Assembly (NCBI GenBank): GCA_963745075.1
Contig: CAVUWV010000001.1
Span: forward strand, 288,001 to 352,000
Direction of reading: 5' to 3'
Source: Candidatus Hydrogenedentota bacterium
Lineage (GTDB): Bacteria; Hydrogenedentota; Hydrogenedentia; Hydrogenedentales; SLHB01
Length of the DNA stretch: 64,000 nt
In this document: piece by piece, positions 31,777 to 42,050 of the stretch
Layout of the letters: each line of letters opens with the position of its first letter
How positions within the stretch are numbered: position 1 is the first letter of the stretch
Translations under genes and position numbers: made by a program
Notes under the pieces: generated by a model
What the model saw: only the letters and a program-made list of their open reading frames with translations
Database searches by the model: none
What the model was told of the DNA's origin: nothing

Positions 31777-32205
31777 ATGCCAAAGTACGATGTGAATGTA
31801 GCATGGGATGATCCGTTCGACCATCTGGCCAATCGACGCGAGTCGGAGCGGTTCGATTTCCGGATCAAAATGTCTATTGCCGTCGAGCAAGCGGGAACGC
31901 GTTCGAGGCTGGTGGGGCCCGGAATCGTGCGCAATATTTCTCTGTCCGGCGCCAGCTTGGTGACCAAGCACGCGCTTGCGCCACGCCAGCGTATCACACT
32001 CGCGATTCCCACGAAGCGGTTCAAAGTGGCCGAATGTCTACCCGCGTATTTTATGGGTACCGCCGACGTCATACGCGTCGAGCCGCGTGATGACTCCACG
32101 ATTCGTGCCGCGATCCGGTTCGGCGATTCCTTCACCCAGAACATGGATTTCTCGGTGTTTATCCGTGAGCTGTACGCCGTGCGGCATACCCTCGCCGTCG
32201 ACTGA
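31777..32205 (+). CDS. Stand-alone PilZ domain protein
   Basis: c-di-GMP motifs RRESER (RxxxR) and NISLSG (D/NxSxxG). Confidence 0.85.
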   Translation: MPKYDVNVAWDDPFDHLANRRESERFDFRIKMSIAVEQAGTRSRLVGPGIVRNISLSGASLVTKHALAPRQRITLAIPTKRFKVAECLPAYFMGTADVIRVEPRDDSTIRAAIRFGDSFTQNMDFSVFIRELYAVRHTLAVD

Positions 32206-32228
32206 CGAGAAGCCCTAGCAAACCTTGG

Positions 32229-32267
32229 ACCGCGTATCGAAGTATCTTCGATGCGTGGTTTTCTTTT
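32229..32267 (+). terminator. Rho-independent terminator after the PilZ gene
   Basis: 14-bp stem accgcgtatcgaag/cttcgatgcgtggt (two G-U pairs) followed by tttctttt. Confidence 0.75.
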
Positions 32268-32581
32268 GTGCCGGCGCGCTTACACCCTGCCACAACACTC
32301 TCGAATACGATTACGAGTCGTCATGAAAGGCCTTTCACCGAGAAATGATGTAAATAGGACCTTCTTCTCCAACGGCCCGTGCGCGGATGGAAACAAAGTA
32401 GGATGAATGATTCCCGTCCTACAAGATCGTCTCGACTCGCTGCATTCGACTCCCGGGCACCGGATTCGGCATAATCCTGCCTTATTTGCGCAGCACTCGA
32501 TTTGCGCGTGGTGCATTTCCCCCTTGCGCCGCGGTCTCATCACCGCTGCATCTCCCTCGAAGCCAACACAGGAGGAATCCC

Positions 32582-33925
32582 GTGGAAGGAAGACTGAATC
32601 ACGACCAACGAATCTGGCGCTGGAAGATCCTGTTCTCCACCTACATCGCGTACGGCGGATACTACCTCACACGCAAAGTCTTCACCATCTGCAAGACATC
32701 CATTGCGGGCGATTTCGGCTGGCAATTGGAAAGCACCGCCCACATCTGGGCGGCGTTCCTCCTCGCGTACATGATTGGCCAGTTCATCAACAGCTTTATC
32801 GGGCGCAAGTGGGGCCCGCGCGTGCTGCTGCTGGGGGGGCTGGGGATATCCATCTGTATTAACGTCGTTTTCGGTTTCGCCAATTCGTTCGCCACCTTCC
32901 TGGTCTTCATGTTCTTTAACGGACTCGTTCAGGCCAGTGGGTGGCCCGGGGTCGTGGGAGGTATCTCCCATTGGCTGCGCAACAAAGAGCGCGGAACGAT
33001 CATGGGGTTCTGGTCGACGAACTACGTCGTCGGGAACATGGTCGTGAAATCGGCCGGCGCCATGCTGCTCGCGGCCTACGGCTGGCGCTACGCCTTCTGG
33101 GGAATGACACTTCTTACCGTCGGCGTATGGCTGGTCATATACTTCTGGCAAAGAAACAAGCCGGAAGACGTTGGCCTGGACCCGATCGTGGAAAAACGCG
33201 AGGAAGACGGCCGCGCCGTGCGCGCCTCGGAAGAAGAGCACATCAGCACCGCGCACTACTTCCAATTGGCGTTTCACCCGGTGGTCTTGACCATGGGGGT
33301 TAGTTATTTCTGCATCAAGTTTCTGCGGTATGCCTTGGACTCCTGGCTGCCCGCATTTCTGAACATTCAAGGACTCGACGTGGGCCGCGCCGGCTTGTAT
33401 TCGTCAATCTTCGACTGGACCGGCCTTGGCGGCGCTATCGTCGCCGGCTGGGCGCTGGATCGCATCTTTCGCGGCAACTGGGCGATGCTCTGTTTCACCA
33501 TGAGTCTCGGGATGATCTTTGGGTACATGGCCGTCATCTATGTCGGGTCTAACCCGGTGTTGATCGCCCTCTGCTTCGGGATTGTCGGGTTCATGATTTA
33601 CGGGCCTGACACCATCCTTTGTGGGGCGGCATCGGTGACCGTGGCCGGCGAGGCGAACGGCGTCGCGGTCGCGGGACTGGTCAACGGGATAGCCAGCTTT
33701 GGTCCCGTGATCCAGGAGGAAGTCATTGGATGGCTGGTCAGCGGCGATCAGATGGCGGGCATTCGCAACACCAACCGCCTGGCCCTCGGAATGAGCGTTG
33801 CCTTTTCGCTATTGATGATCGTAATGATGTGGCGGCTGCATATCACGCACAAAGGCCATCGCGAGCGTGACGAGTTGGCCCAACTCAAGTCCGAAGTCGC
33901 GGAGGCAAATGAGGGTGAGCAGTAA
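32582..33925 (+). CDS. MFS transporter, organophosphate:Pi antiporter (GlpT/UhpT) family; probable 2-aminoethylphosphonate importer
   Basis: [30 protein letters not shown] and [15 protein letters not shown] after AGGAGG; overlaps the phnW start. Confidence 0.88.
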   Translation: MEGRLNHDQRIWRWKILFSTYIAYGGYYLTRKVFTICKTSIAGDFGWQLESTAHIWAAFLLAYMIGQFINSFIGRKWGPRVLLLGGLGISICINVVFGFANSFATFLVFMFFNGLVQASGWPGVVGGISHWLRNKERGTIMGFWSTNYVVGNMVVKSAGAMLLAAYGWRYAFWGMTLLTVGVWLVIYFWQRNKPEDVGLDPIVEKREEDGRAVRASEEEHISTAHYFQLAFHPVVLTMGVSYFCIKFLRYALDSWLPAFLNIQGLDVGRAGLYSSIFDWTGLGGAIVAGWALDRIFRGNWAMLCFTMSLGMIFGYMAVIYVGSNPVLIALCFGIVGFMIYGPDTILCGAASVTVAGEANGVAVAGLVNGIASFGPVIQEEVIGWLVSGDQMAGIRNTNRLALGMSVAFSLLMIVMMWRLHITHKGHRERDELAQLKSEVAEANEGEQ

Positions 33926-35065
33926 CATCCCCAATTGGAAAGACAAGATCCTCTTCACCCCCGGCCCATTGACCACCAGCCGGACGGTGAAACAGGCCAT
34001 GCTGCGCGACCTGGGTTCGCGGGACTTCGCGTTTATCGAATTGGTCAAAGATATCGCGACGCCGGTTGGTCGCGTTAGGCGAATGTACGGACGGGACCTA
34101 CGAAGCGGTCCTGATGCAGGGAAGCGGCACGTTCTCAATCGAGGCGGTGTTGTCCTCCGCAGTCGCGCCGGACGGGAAAGTCCTGGTCATCGTCAACGGC
34201 GCGTACGGGAAGCGCATGATCCAGATGCTCAAGACCTTGAAGATCGACCACGCCGTGCTGGAATGTTCCGAAGACGAGACGCCCGATGTGCGATGCGGTC
34301 GATAAGGCGTTGAAAAACGATCCCTCCATTTCGTTTGTCGCCGTGGTGCATTGCGAGACCACGACGGGCATCATCAATCCCATCCGCGAAATCGGGGGAC
34401 TCGCGCAACGCCGCCGGTGCCACCTATTTCGTCGATGCCATGAGCAGTTTCGGCGCCGTCCCGCTCAACGTTGCCGAGTCAATATCGACTACCTGGTTTC
34501 GTCCGCGAACAAGTGCATCGAAGGGGTCCCCGGATTCGGGTTCGTGCTCGCGCGGCGGGAAACGCTGCGCGCAACCGAGGGGTTCGCACGCAGTCTCAGC
34601 CTGGACCTTCTGTCCCAATGGCGCGGACTGGAAGGCAACGGCCAGTTCCGGTTCACGCCGCCGACCCACGCGCTGCTGGCCTTCCATCAGGCCCTTCTCG
34701 AGTTGGAGGCGGAGGGTGGAGTCGCTGGCCGCGCGGACCGCTACCGCACCAACTACGATGCGCTGCTCCACGGCATGCGCGAAATGGGCTTCGACGAATA
34801 CCTGGCGCCAGAGCGCCAAGGATACATCATCACCTCGTTCCGCTACCCGTCGCATTCGAATTTCACCTTCGACGAATTCTACGCGCGGCTCAATGACAAG
34901 GGCTACGTGATCTATCCCGGCAAAGTCAGCAACGCCGATTGCTTCCGCATCGGAAACATCGGAAGAATCTTCGAACAGGACGTCCGCGATTTGCTCCGGG
35001 CAATTCGCGAGACGTTGTCAGAAATGGGTATCGAACTGCAAGCGCAATACACGAGTGTGCACTGA
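33909..35065 (+). CDS. phnW: 2-aminoethylphosphonate-pyruvate transaminase, with several frameshifts as given
   Basis: Pieces in three frames: [61 protein letters not shown] and IYPGK. Confidence 0.88.
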
Positions 35066-35101
35066 CGCCGTGTTATCGGAATAAACTGGAGTAGCTGCTT
35101 C

Positions 35102-35932
35102 ATGAGTTTTACCTTTGGCCGTTCCTACCGTGGACCCGTCAAAGCCGCCGTATTCGACTGGGCCGGCACCACCGTCGACTACGGGTGCTGCGCACCAGCC
35201 GCCGTGTTTATCGACGTTTTCTCCAAGCGCGGCATCTCCGTTACCCAGGGACAGGCCCGCGAACCCATGGGGATGCACAAGCGCGACCACATCCGCGTCA
35301 TGTCGGAAATGGAGCCGATCGCGCAGCAGTGGGAGGAGGCACATGGCCACCGTCCCACCGAGGAAGACGTCGAGTCCATGTTCACGGAATTCGTGCCCAT
35401 GCAGGTCGCCTGCATCGCCGACCACGCGGATATCATCCCCGGCACCCTCGAAACCATGGCCGAATTTCGCACGCAAGGGCTGGGTATCGGCAGTACCACC
35501 GGCTACAACAACGAGATGATGGACATCCTCGTCCCGAAAGCCGCCGAAGGAGGCTACAAGCCCGACGTGATCGTGTGCGTTACCGATGTTCCCGCCGGTC
35601 GTCCCGCCCCGTGGATGGCCCTGGAGGCGGCGAAGCAACTCGGCGTCTATCCGATGGAATCCGTGGTGAAAGTGGGGGACACCATCGCCGACATCGAAGA
35701 GGGTCTCAACGCCGGCATGTGGACGGTCGCTGTCGTCGAGCACGGGAACGAGGTCGGCTTGTCGGAATCGGACCTGGCCCTGCTCTCCCATGACGACCGC
35801 ATGGCCAAGTTCGCAAAGGCGCGCCAGCGCTTGCAGAAAGCCTGCGCCCACTACGTCGTGGATACCATTGCCGAAGTGCCGTCCGTGGTCAAGGCGATCA
35901 ACGAACGATTGGCGCGCGGCGAACAACCCTGA
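35102..35932 (+). CDS. phnX: Phosphonoacetaldehyde hydrolase
   Basis: FDWAGTTVDYG, AREPMGMHKRDHI, GRPAPWM and KVGDT. Confidence 0.95.
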   Translation: MSFTFGRSYRGPVKAAVFDWAGTTVDYGCCAPAAVFIDVFSKRGISVTQGQAREPMGMHKRDHIRVMSEMEPIAQQWEEAHGHRPTEEDVESMFTEFVPMQVACIADHADIIPGTLETMAEFRTQGLGIGSTTGYNNEMMDILVPKAAEGGYKPDVIVCVTDVPAGRPAPWMALEAAKQLGVYPMESVVKVGDTIADIEEGLNAGMWTVAVVEHGNEVGLSESDLALLSHDDRMAKFAKARQRLQKACAHYVVDTIAEVPSVVKAINERLARGEQP

Positions 35933-35963
35933 CCCGAAGCTATAGCCCTCGTTCCCCACATGC

Positions 35964-36033
35964 ATCGTACTCGTGCTCGTAATCGTACTCGTGCTCGTAC
36001 TCGTACTCGTAATCGTACTCGTAATCGTAATCG
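35964..36033. repeat. Degenerate hexamer tract (C/A)TCGT(A/G)
   Basis: About 11-12 units; a TCCGTG-rich tract follows near 36084-36112. Confidence 0.85.
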
Positions 36034-36213
36034 ACCCCAATTCCGCCTCGCCCCACGAAACCTCACCAGCAAATCTCCCTGTAGTCCGTGAGCGTCCGTG
36101 TCCGTCCGTGTCATTTTCCGGTTCTTCTCTCCTGGAACAGTCTGACCTCCGCACGTGTTCATTCCCTATGAGCGGGTTATCGGCCGCCACGACCGAATTC
36201 CTGGAGGTACATC

Positions 36214-36564
36214 ATGTCCATTGTCCTCAAACGCGCGTACGATCCCCCAGCGAAAAACGACGGCACGCGCGTGCTCGTGGACCGGCTCTGGCCCCGCGGC
36301 GTGTCGAAAGAAGACGCGAGAATCGACCGGTGGCTGAAGGAAATCGCGCCAAGCAATGAATTGCGCAAATGGTTCGGGCATGACCCCGGCCGCTGGAAAG
36401 AATTCAAGACGCGGTACCGGAAGGAACTTGACGACCGGTCCCAGCAAGTCGAGGAGTTGCGAGCATTGGTGAAAAAAGGCCGGGTGACGCTGGTCTATTC
36501 CGCCAAGGATACGGAACGTAACAACGCGGTAGTATTGCGAGAGTATCTGGAAGAGCGGCGCTAA
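36214..36564 (+). CDS. DUF488 (YeaO-like) protein
   Basis: [31 protein letters not shown] and NNAVVL. Confidence 0.92.
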   Translation: MSIVLKRAYDPPAKNDGTRVLVDRLWPRGVSKEDARIDRWLKEIAPSNELRKWFGHDPGRWKEFKTRYRKELDDRSQQVEELRALVKKGRVTLVYSAKDTERNNAVVLREYLEERR

Positions 36565-36607
36565 CCGCGTCTGTTAAATCGCGTGACGCCCACTCTTGAA
36601 ATACGCG

Positions 36608-37156
36608 CTAACCGCCCTCCACTTCCGTATCCATATACGCGCGCGACCCCGTCGTTTCCCGTTGTCCCTGGTACTTGCCCTTATACGGAGTTTCCACAGG
36701 TCCGTCGGACAACGCGATCACGAGTTGGCAGATGCGCCTTCCCGCTTCGATACGCATGGGAGCATGGTTCGCGTTGAAGAGTTCGAGCGTAATCGCCCCT
36801 TCAAACCCCGGATCGACCCACCCCGCATTCTGAATGAACAAGCCGAGACGCCCAATCGAACTACGGCCCTCCACAAACGCCGTCAAATAATCCGGCAGCG
36901 TGATCACCTCGCGGGTTGTTGCCAGCACGAAGCCATGCGCGGGGATCACAAAGGACGTGTCTTCCACCCGCTCGTACTCGATGGGTGACGACATGGAGTA
37001 CATCCCGTCCGTTGTGCGGGGCGTGAGAAAACTGGTCCCCAAACGAAGATCGACCGAAGCCGGTCCGATTTGGATCGGCTCCAGTGGCTCGATGCCCAAA
37101 TCGCCGCTCTTCAGCAATTCCTTGATTCTGCGGTCCGGAAGGATCACCCCGTGCAT
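36608..37156 (-). CDS. dcd: dCTP deaminase
   Basis: PASVDLRLG, EGRSSIGRLGL, AGWVDPGFEG.ITLE and GKYQGQ. Confidence 0.93.
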   Translation of the reverse strand: MHGVILPDRRIKELLKSGDLGIEPLEPIQIGPASVDLRLGTSFLTPRTTDGMYSMSSPIEYERVEDTSFVIPAHGFVLATTREVITLPDYLTAFVEGRSSIGRLGLFIQNAGWVDPGFEGAITLELFNANHAPMRIEAGRRICQLVIALSDGPVETPYKGKYQGQRETTGSRAYMDTEVEGG

Positions 37157-37257
37157 TCCTTGATGGTATTTGCCGCGCCCGCAGGCGTAGCATCCCGGGT
37201 GGCGCTATTCTACAAATGCAGGCCTACGAAGGCAAGAATCTTGGACTCTCAGCCCGT

Positions 37258-37716
37258 TTAGCGATCGGGGAAAATCTGTGCGATCACCTCGGATCGGTAC
37301 TCGAAAATGCGTTCCAGATCGCGCCGGACGTAGAGGCCATGGGCGACGCGTCCCAATGGGCCGAAGGGCAACGCGTAACGGACCTCGTCGCCGATGACCG
37401 TACCTCCGTCGTCTTCCCGGAAGGTGTGGGTGTGATGCCAGAACCGATACGGTCCCTTAAGCTGCTCGTCCACGAAGCGGCGGGGCGGCTCGTACGCCGT
37501 AATCAGCGTGCGCCAGTGAAGAGAGATCCCCAAGACCTTTAAGGTGTAATCGATTAGCCGGCCTTCTTTCATGGCGATGGGGGAGGGGGTCAGAATTCGG
37601 AACCCCAGCGACGGCGGCGTGATTCGTTGGAGATTCTCCGGTTTCGCGAAGAACACGAACACCTCTTCCGAGGAATACGGTACGTGCTGTTCCCGCACAA
37701 GCGAGTAGACCTTCAT
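37258..37716 (-). CDS. SRPBCC family protein
   Basis: VFVFFAKPENLQRITPP and FVDEQLKGPYRFWHHTH. Confidence 0.88.
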   Translation of the reverse strand: MKVYSLVREQHVPYSSEEVFVFFAKPENLQRITPPSLGFRILTPSPIAMKEGRLIDYTLKVLGISLHWRTLITAYEPPRRFVDEQLKGPYRFWHHTHTFREDDGGTVIGDEVRYALPFGPLGRVAHGLYVRRDLERIFEYRSEVIAQIFPDR

Positions 37717-38363
37717 TGGCTATCCGAATCGCCGCGTGACTGCGCGGCTGGCTCGCCGGCGAGTGGCGAATTTGGCAACGATCGCTTCTCGACGGGATGC
37801 ACGGCGCGATCGACTGCGAGGCAAACCGCTTCAATCGACTTCGGGTCCGCGCCACCCGCGTACCGAAATGAGACGATCCCCTCGGTGTCCACGACAAATA
37901 CATTCGCTCGTCCTGCAGTGCATGCGAAATTGGATGTGACGGTCCCGTCCCAGTCCAGCATGATTGGGCGTTTCGCATTTCGTTTGAAGAAGAAGCGTAC
38001 CACCCCACGCATAAGAGACGGCACCGCGCTCAGGTCCGCTACGCCATCGATGTCGATACGGTTCTGGTAACGATCGTACAACGGAAGCACCCATCCCTCG
38101 ACCTGTTCCGATCCGGCCTTATCGGCGAAGAGCAGCACGCTCACTCTCGCCTTTGGAAACGTATAGTTGTGAGCGTCTCCGAACTGGTCCTCCAGCGCGA
38201 AGGGTTCTACACGCACGGGCGCCGGATGGTCGGCGCGAATCTCCAGGCGAAGCTCCGGCGCGGCGAACTCCTCGGCCAGGCCGGCCTCGTGAGAATCTGC
38301 GCCTGAGAAAACGTAGGCGCAAAGCGAAGCGAGGGCGAGTGACAAAATTCTTTCGTGCGACAT
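37713..38363 (-). CDS. Exported thioredoxin-fold (AhpC/YtfJ-like) protein without CxxC
   Basis: Signal peptide; FALEDQFG, IMLDWDG.V and VFVVDTEGIV. Confidence 0.65.
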   Translation of the reverse strand: MSHERILSLALASLCAYVFSGADSHEAGLAEEFAAPELRLEIRADHPAPVRVEPFALEDQFGDAHNYTFPKARVSVLLFADKAGSEQVEGWVLPLYDRYQNRIDIDGVADLSAVPSLMRGVVRFFFKRNAKRPIMLDWDGTVTSNFACTAGRANVFVVDTEGIVSFRYAGGADPKSIEAVCLAVDRAVHPVEKRSLPNSPLAGEPAAQSRGDSDSQ

Positions 38364-38385
38364 TGGCGTTCCGACGCGGGCGGAA

Positions 38386-38556
38386 TCAGAGGCCCGCAAT
38401 CAGCGACAACAGGTCGGTGATGAAGTAGAAGAACCGGTAAAACTCGTCGCGAAAGTATGCGCCCAGTTCAAAGAGATAGCTCAAGGTTATATTGCTGAAA
38501 AAGCCGCTTGATGCCTGTCGCGGAAGCCGGTTCGCAGGAATGGTGGTTCGCCGCAT
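38386..38556 (-). CDS. Putative 56-aa small protein
   Basis: AGGAG RBS before ATG 38556; co-oriented between hemB and the next gene; MRRTTIPANRLPRQASSGFFSNITLSYLFELGAYFRDEFYRFFYFITDLLSLIAGL. Confidence 0.5.
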   Translation of the reverse strand: MRRTTIPANRLPRQASSGFFSNITLSYLFELGAYFRDEFYRFFYFITDLLSLIAGL

Positions 38557-38594
38557 AGTCTCAAGTCTCCTCGCGATTGTGGGCAGGGTCGCAC

Positions 38595-39584
38595 TTATTC
38601 GCTGAGCCACCCCGCCGCGTCCTTTGCCCAATACGTCAGGATTATCGATGCGCCCGCCCGCCGTATCGCGGTCAGGACTTCCAGCGCGGCGCGCTTCTCT
38701 TCGAGCCAACCGGCCGCGGCCGCCGCTTTAACCATCGAAAACTCGCCCGACACGTGATACGCCGCGACCGGCACGTCGAAACTTTCCGCCGCCATCTTGA
38801 TGATATCCAGATAGGCCAACGCGGGCTTCACCATGACGATATCCGCGCCCTCCTCGATGTCCAGCGCAATCTCCCGTTCGGCTTCCCGCGCGTTCGGCGG
38901 GTCCATTTGATAGGTCGTGCGATCGCCGAATTGAGGCGGGGATTCCGCAGCATCGCGAAACGGACCATAGAACGCCGACGCATACTTGGCGCTGTACGCC
39001 ATGATGGGGATATCCTCGAATCCACACTCATCCAGTCCGTCGCGAATGGCCGCCACACGCCCGTCCATCATATCCGACGGGGCCACCATGTCCGCCCCCG
39101 CACGGGCATGCGCCACGGCTTCCTTCACGAGCAACGGCAGCGTCGCGTCGTTATTCACGTCCTCGGCGCCGTCCGGCCGCGTGTGGACGATCCCGCAGTG
39201 GCCGTGATCGGTGTATTCGCACAAGCATACATCGGTGATGACGCAGACGTCCGGGCACGCTTTCTTGATGCCCTCGATTGCCTGACAGACAATCGCATCA
39301 TCGCTGTAGGCTTGCGTGCCGGTGGCGTCCTTGGATTCCGGAATACCAAACAAGATCACCGCCGGGACTCCGGCCTGTTCGATGTCCTTGACCTCTTCGA
39401 CCAGCGTATCCACCGAGAACTGATAGTTTCCCGGCATCGACTTAATCTCGTGTTTCACGCCGGACCCGGGCCGAACGAACAGCGGCATGATCAGGTTATT
39501 CGCCGACACGGTGGTTTCGCGTACCATACGGCGAAGCGGGGCCGTCCGCCGAAGGCGTCGCATGCGCACAATCGGATACGTCAC
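38595..39584 (-). CDS. hemB: Porphobilinogen synthase
   Basis: RMRRLRR, DVCLCEYTDHGHCG, APSDMMDG and MVKPA. Confidence 0.97.
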   Translation of the reverse strand: MTYPIVRMRRLRRTAPLRRMVRETTVSANNLIMPLFVRPGSGVKHEIKSMPGNYQFSVDTLVEEVKDIEQAGVPAVILFGIPESKDATGTQAYSDDAIVCQAIEGIKKACPDVCVITDVCLCEYTDHGHCGIVHTRPDGAEDVNNDATLPLLVKEAVAHARAGADMVAPSDMMDGRVAAIRDGLDECGFEDIPIMAYSAKYASAFYGPFRDAAESPPQFGDRTTYQMDPPNAREAEREIALDIEEGADIVMVKPALAYLDIIKMAAESFDVPVAAYHVSGEFSMVKAAAAAGWLEEKRAALEVLTAIRRAGASIILTYWAKDAAGWLSE

Positions 39585-39618
39585 AATCTGCTCCTTACTT
39601 GAATGCCTCGCCGATAGT

Positions 39619-41133
39619 TTACCGGCGCCGCATACCTTCTACAATGGCGTCGACAAAGCTGGGAATGTCGTGGGTGGCCGGTTCAATCGTCACGGGCATG
39701 GCAAGGCTGTTTGCAGTTTCGGCGGTAATGGGGCCGATCGCGCCAAAGGTCGCCGTCCCTTTCAATTGTTCCACCCGCGCGGGACCCAGAATCTCGTGGA
39801 AGTTCCGGGCGGTCGAGGAACTGGTAAAGGTGACCAATGCGGGCCGATAGGCCATCAACCGTTCCGACAGAGTCTCCGAGGTCCGTGGAACGACCGTACG
39901 ATAGGCCACCAATTCCGTCACTTCCGCGCCACGTTTCCGCAGTTCGTTCGGAAGAAAGCTCCGCGCGATGTCCGCGCGCGGCAGGAGAAACCGTTTGCCC
40001 TCCAAGTCCGGCTCGTGTTCGTGTAACGCCGCCATCAGCTCTTCGGCCACGTACTTCTCCGGCATTAGATCCACGCGCAGGAAACGCTTCTTGACCGCCT
40101 CCGCGGTCGCCGATCCAATCACGCACAGCCGAACGCCCGCCAAATCCCGTGCATCCTGTCCCAGTTCGTCGAGACGCTCGAACAGCATCTCGACGCCATT
40201 CACACTGGTCAACACGATCCAGTCGTAGTTTCCCACGTAGTCGAAGGACTCCACCTGCGTCGGCGGCTCAATGGCGATGGTGGGGAATTCAAATATGTCG
40301 GCGCCGAGTTCCTGCAACTGACGCACGAGGTCGCTGGCTTGCGCACGCGCCCGCGTTACCACGATGCGCCGTCCAAACAACGGCCGGCTCTCAAACCACG
40401 CCAATGAGTCGTGCAACGAAACAACGTTTCCGACCACGATCACCGCGGGTGGCTGTAATCCCTCTTCGGACGCTTTGGCTGCAATATCTTCTAACGTTCC
40501 ACGGACGGTCCGTTGTTTGGGATCGGTTCCCCATTGGATGACCGCAGCCGGCGTGTTTGACGGGCGACCGAGCGCGACGAGTTGCTGTACGATCCGGGAA
40601 AGATTGCGGACGCCCATATAGAACACGAGCGTTCCCTGCACGAGAATATCCGTCAGGCTTTCATCGTCCGATTCCAGGATTTCCGCGTCATGCCCGGTGA
40701 TCAGCGTGTAGGACGTTGAGAGGCCGCGATGCGTCACCGGTATGCCGGCGTAGGCAGGCGCCGCGATCCCCGCCGTAATTCCCGGCACGATTTCAAAGGA
40801 AATCCCCGCCTCGGCCAGCGCCAGCGCTTCTTCACCGCCCCGGCCGAAAACAAAGGGGTCGCCGCCCTTGAGTCGCACAACCCGCATGCCCTGCGCAGCC
40901 TGCTCCCGCATGACCCGGTTGATCTCATCCTGCAACAGCGTGTGGCGGTCCGTCGCCTTGCCCGCGAAGATGTGTTCGGCGTTCGGCGCGTGTTCGAGGA
41001 GAGCCTCATTGGCCAGCGAATCGTAGATCACCACGTCCGCGTGTTCGAGACACTCGCGTCCCCGCACCGTCAGCAGGCCCGGATCGCCGGGGCCTGCGCC
41101 TACCAGCCATACCTTGCCGTGCCGTGCATTCAT
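39619..41133 (-). CDS. cobA/hemD: Fused uroporphyrinogen-III C-methyltransferase / uroporphyrinogen-III synthase
   Basis: LVGAGPGDPGLLT and RLKGGDPFVFGRGGEE, then HemD motifs VVTRARAQA, TSVNGV and FTSSST; ATG overlaps the hemC stop. Confidence 0.95.
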   Translation of the reverse strand: MNARHGKVWLVGAGPGDPGLLTVRGRECLEHADVVIYDSLANEALLEHAPNAEHIFAGKATDRHTLLQDEINRVMREQAAQGMRVVRLKGGDPFVFGRGGEEALALAEAGISFEIVPGITAGIAAPAYAGIPVTHRGLSTSYTLITGHDAEILESDDESLTDILVQGTLVFYMGVRNLSRIVQQLVALGRPSNTPAAVIQWGTDPKQRTVRGTLEDIAAKASEEGLQPPAVIVVGNVVSLHDSLAWFESRPLFGRRIVVTRARAQASDLVRQLQELGADIFEFPTIAIEPPTQVESFDYVGNYDWIVLTSVNGVEMLFERLDELGQDARDLAGVRLCVIGSATAEAVKKRFLRVDLMPEKYVAEELMAALHEHEPDLEGKRFLLPRADIARSFLPNELRKRGAEVTELVAYRTVVPRTSETLSERLMAYRPALVTFTSSSTARNFHEILGPARVEQLKGTATFGAIGPITAETANSLAMPVTIEPATHDIPSFVDAIVEGMRRR

Positions 41134-42050
41134 CGCGTTGCCGCAATCAGTTCCGAAGCGCCTTGTTCGAGGAGACGATTTGCCGCGGCACGCCCTAGCT
41201 CTTCCGCATCCGCCGCCTGTCCGTCGCACTCCGCGCGCAGGGCGGTCGTGCCGTCCAAGCTGCACACGCATGCCGTGAGGTGAAGTTTGGTTCCGGTCAA
41301 CCGCGCGAGCGCCCCGATCGGCACCTGGCATCCGCCCTCCAACGCCGCCAGACAGGACCGCTCAGCCGTCGTTTCGATCGTCGCCGTCGGGTCCGCGACC
41401 GATTCGAGGATCGTACGGGTGTCGTCATCGTCGCTCCGGATCTCGATGCCCAATGCGCCCTGTGCCGGTGCGGGCACCATGATATCTTCGGTGAGACGCG
41501 AGCGAATCGCATCGAAAAGCCCCAGACGTTCCAGCCCAGCGCAAGCGAGAATGGCGGCATCGACAACACCTTCCTGGACCTTGCGCAGGCGCGTCTCCAC
41601 GTTACCGCGCAGATCTTTGACCTGCAAGTCCGGTCTGCGCGCCAGCACCTGGGCCTGCCGCCGCAAGCTCGACGTGCCTACCTTGGCGCCCGCCGGCATG
41701 TCGTCGAGATCGTTCCACTTCGCGCACACAAAAGCATCGTAGGGAATCTCGCGCGCGGGTACCGCCGCCAGCATCAAGCCATCCGGAAACTCGGTGGGCA
41801 AATCCTTGAGACTGTGCACGGCGAGGTCCACCTGCTTCTCGATCAACGCAACTTCGAGTTCCTTCGTGAAAAGCCCCTTGCCGCCAATCTTGGCCAGCGG
41901 CACGTCGAGAATCTTGTCGCCCTTCGTGTGAATGATTTCGACGTCGATGGTTAACCCGGGGTTCGCATCCCGGAGCGCGTCCGCTATCGCGTGCGACTGC
42001 ACCAAGGCCAATTGACTGCCACGGGAACCGATGATCAAGCTGGACTTCAC
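41130..42050 (-). CDS. hemC: Hydroxymethylbilane synthase
   Basis: GSRGSQLA, GKGLFTKE, VHSLKD, GTSSLRR and LEGGCQVP. Confidence 0.97.
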   Translation of the reverse strand: MKSSLIIGSRGSQLALVQSHAIADALRDANPGLTIDVEIIHTKGDKILDVPLAKIGGKGLFTKELEVALIEKQVDLAVHSLKDLPTEFPDGLMLAAVPAREIPYDAFVCAKWNDLDDMPAGAKVGTSSLRRQAQVLARRPDLQVKDLRGNVETRLRKVQEGVVDAAILACAGLERLGLFDAIRSRLTEDIMVPAPAQGALGIEIRSDDDDTRTILESVADPTATIETTAERSCLAALEGGCQVPIGALARLTGTKLHLTACVCSLDGTTALRAECDGQAADAEELGRAAANRLLEQGASELIAATR

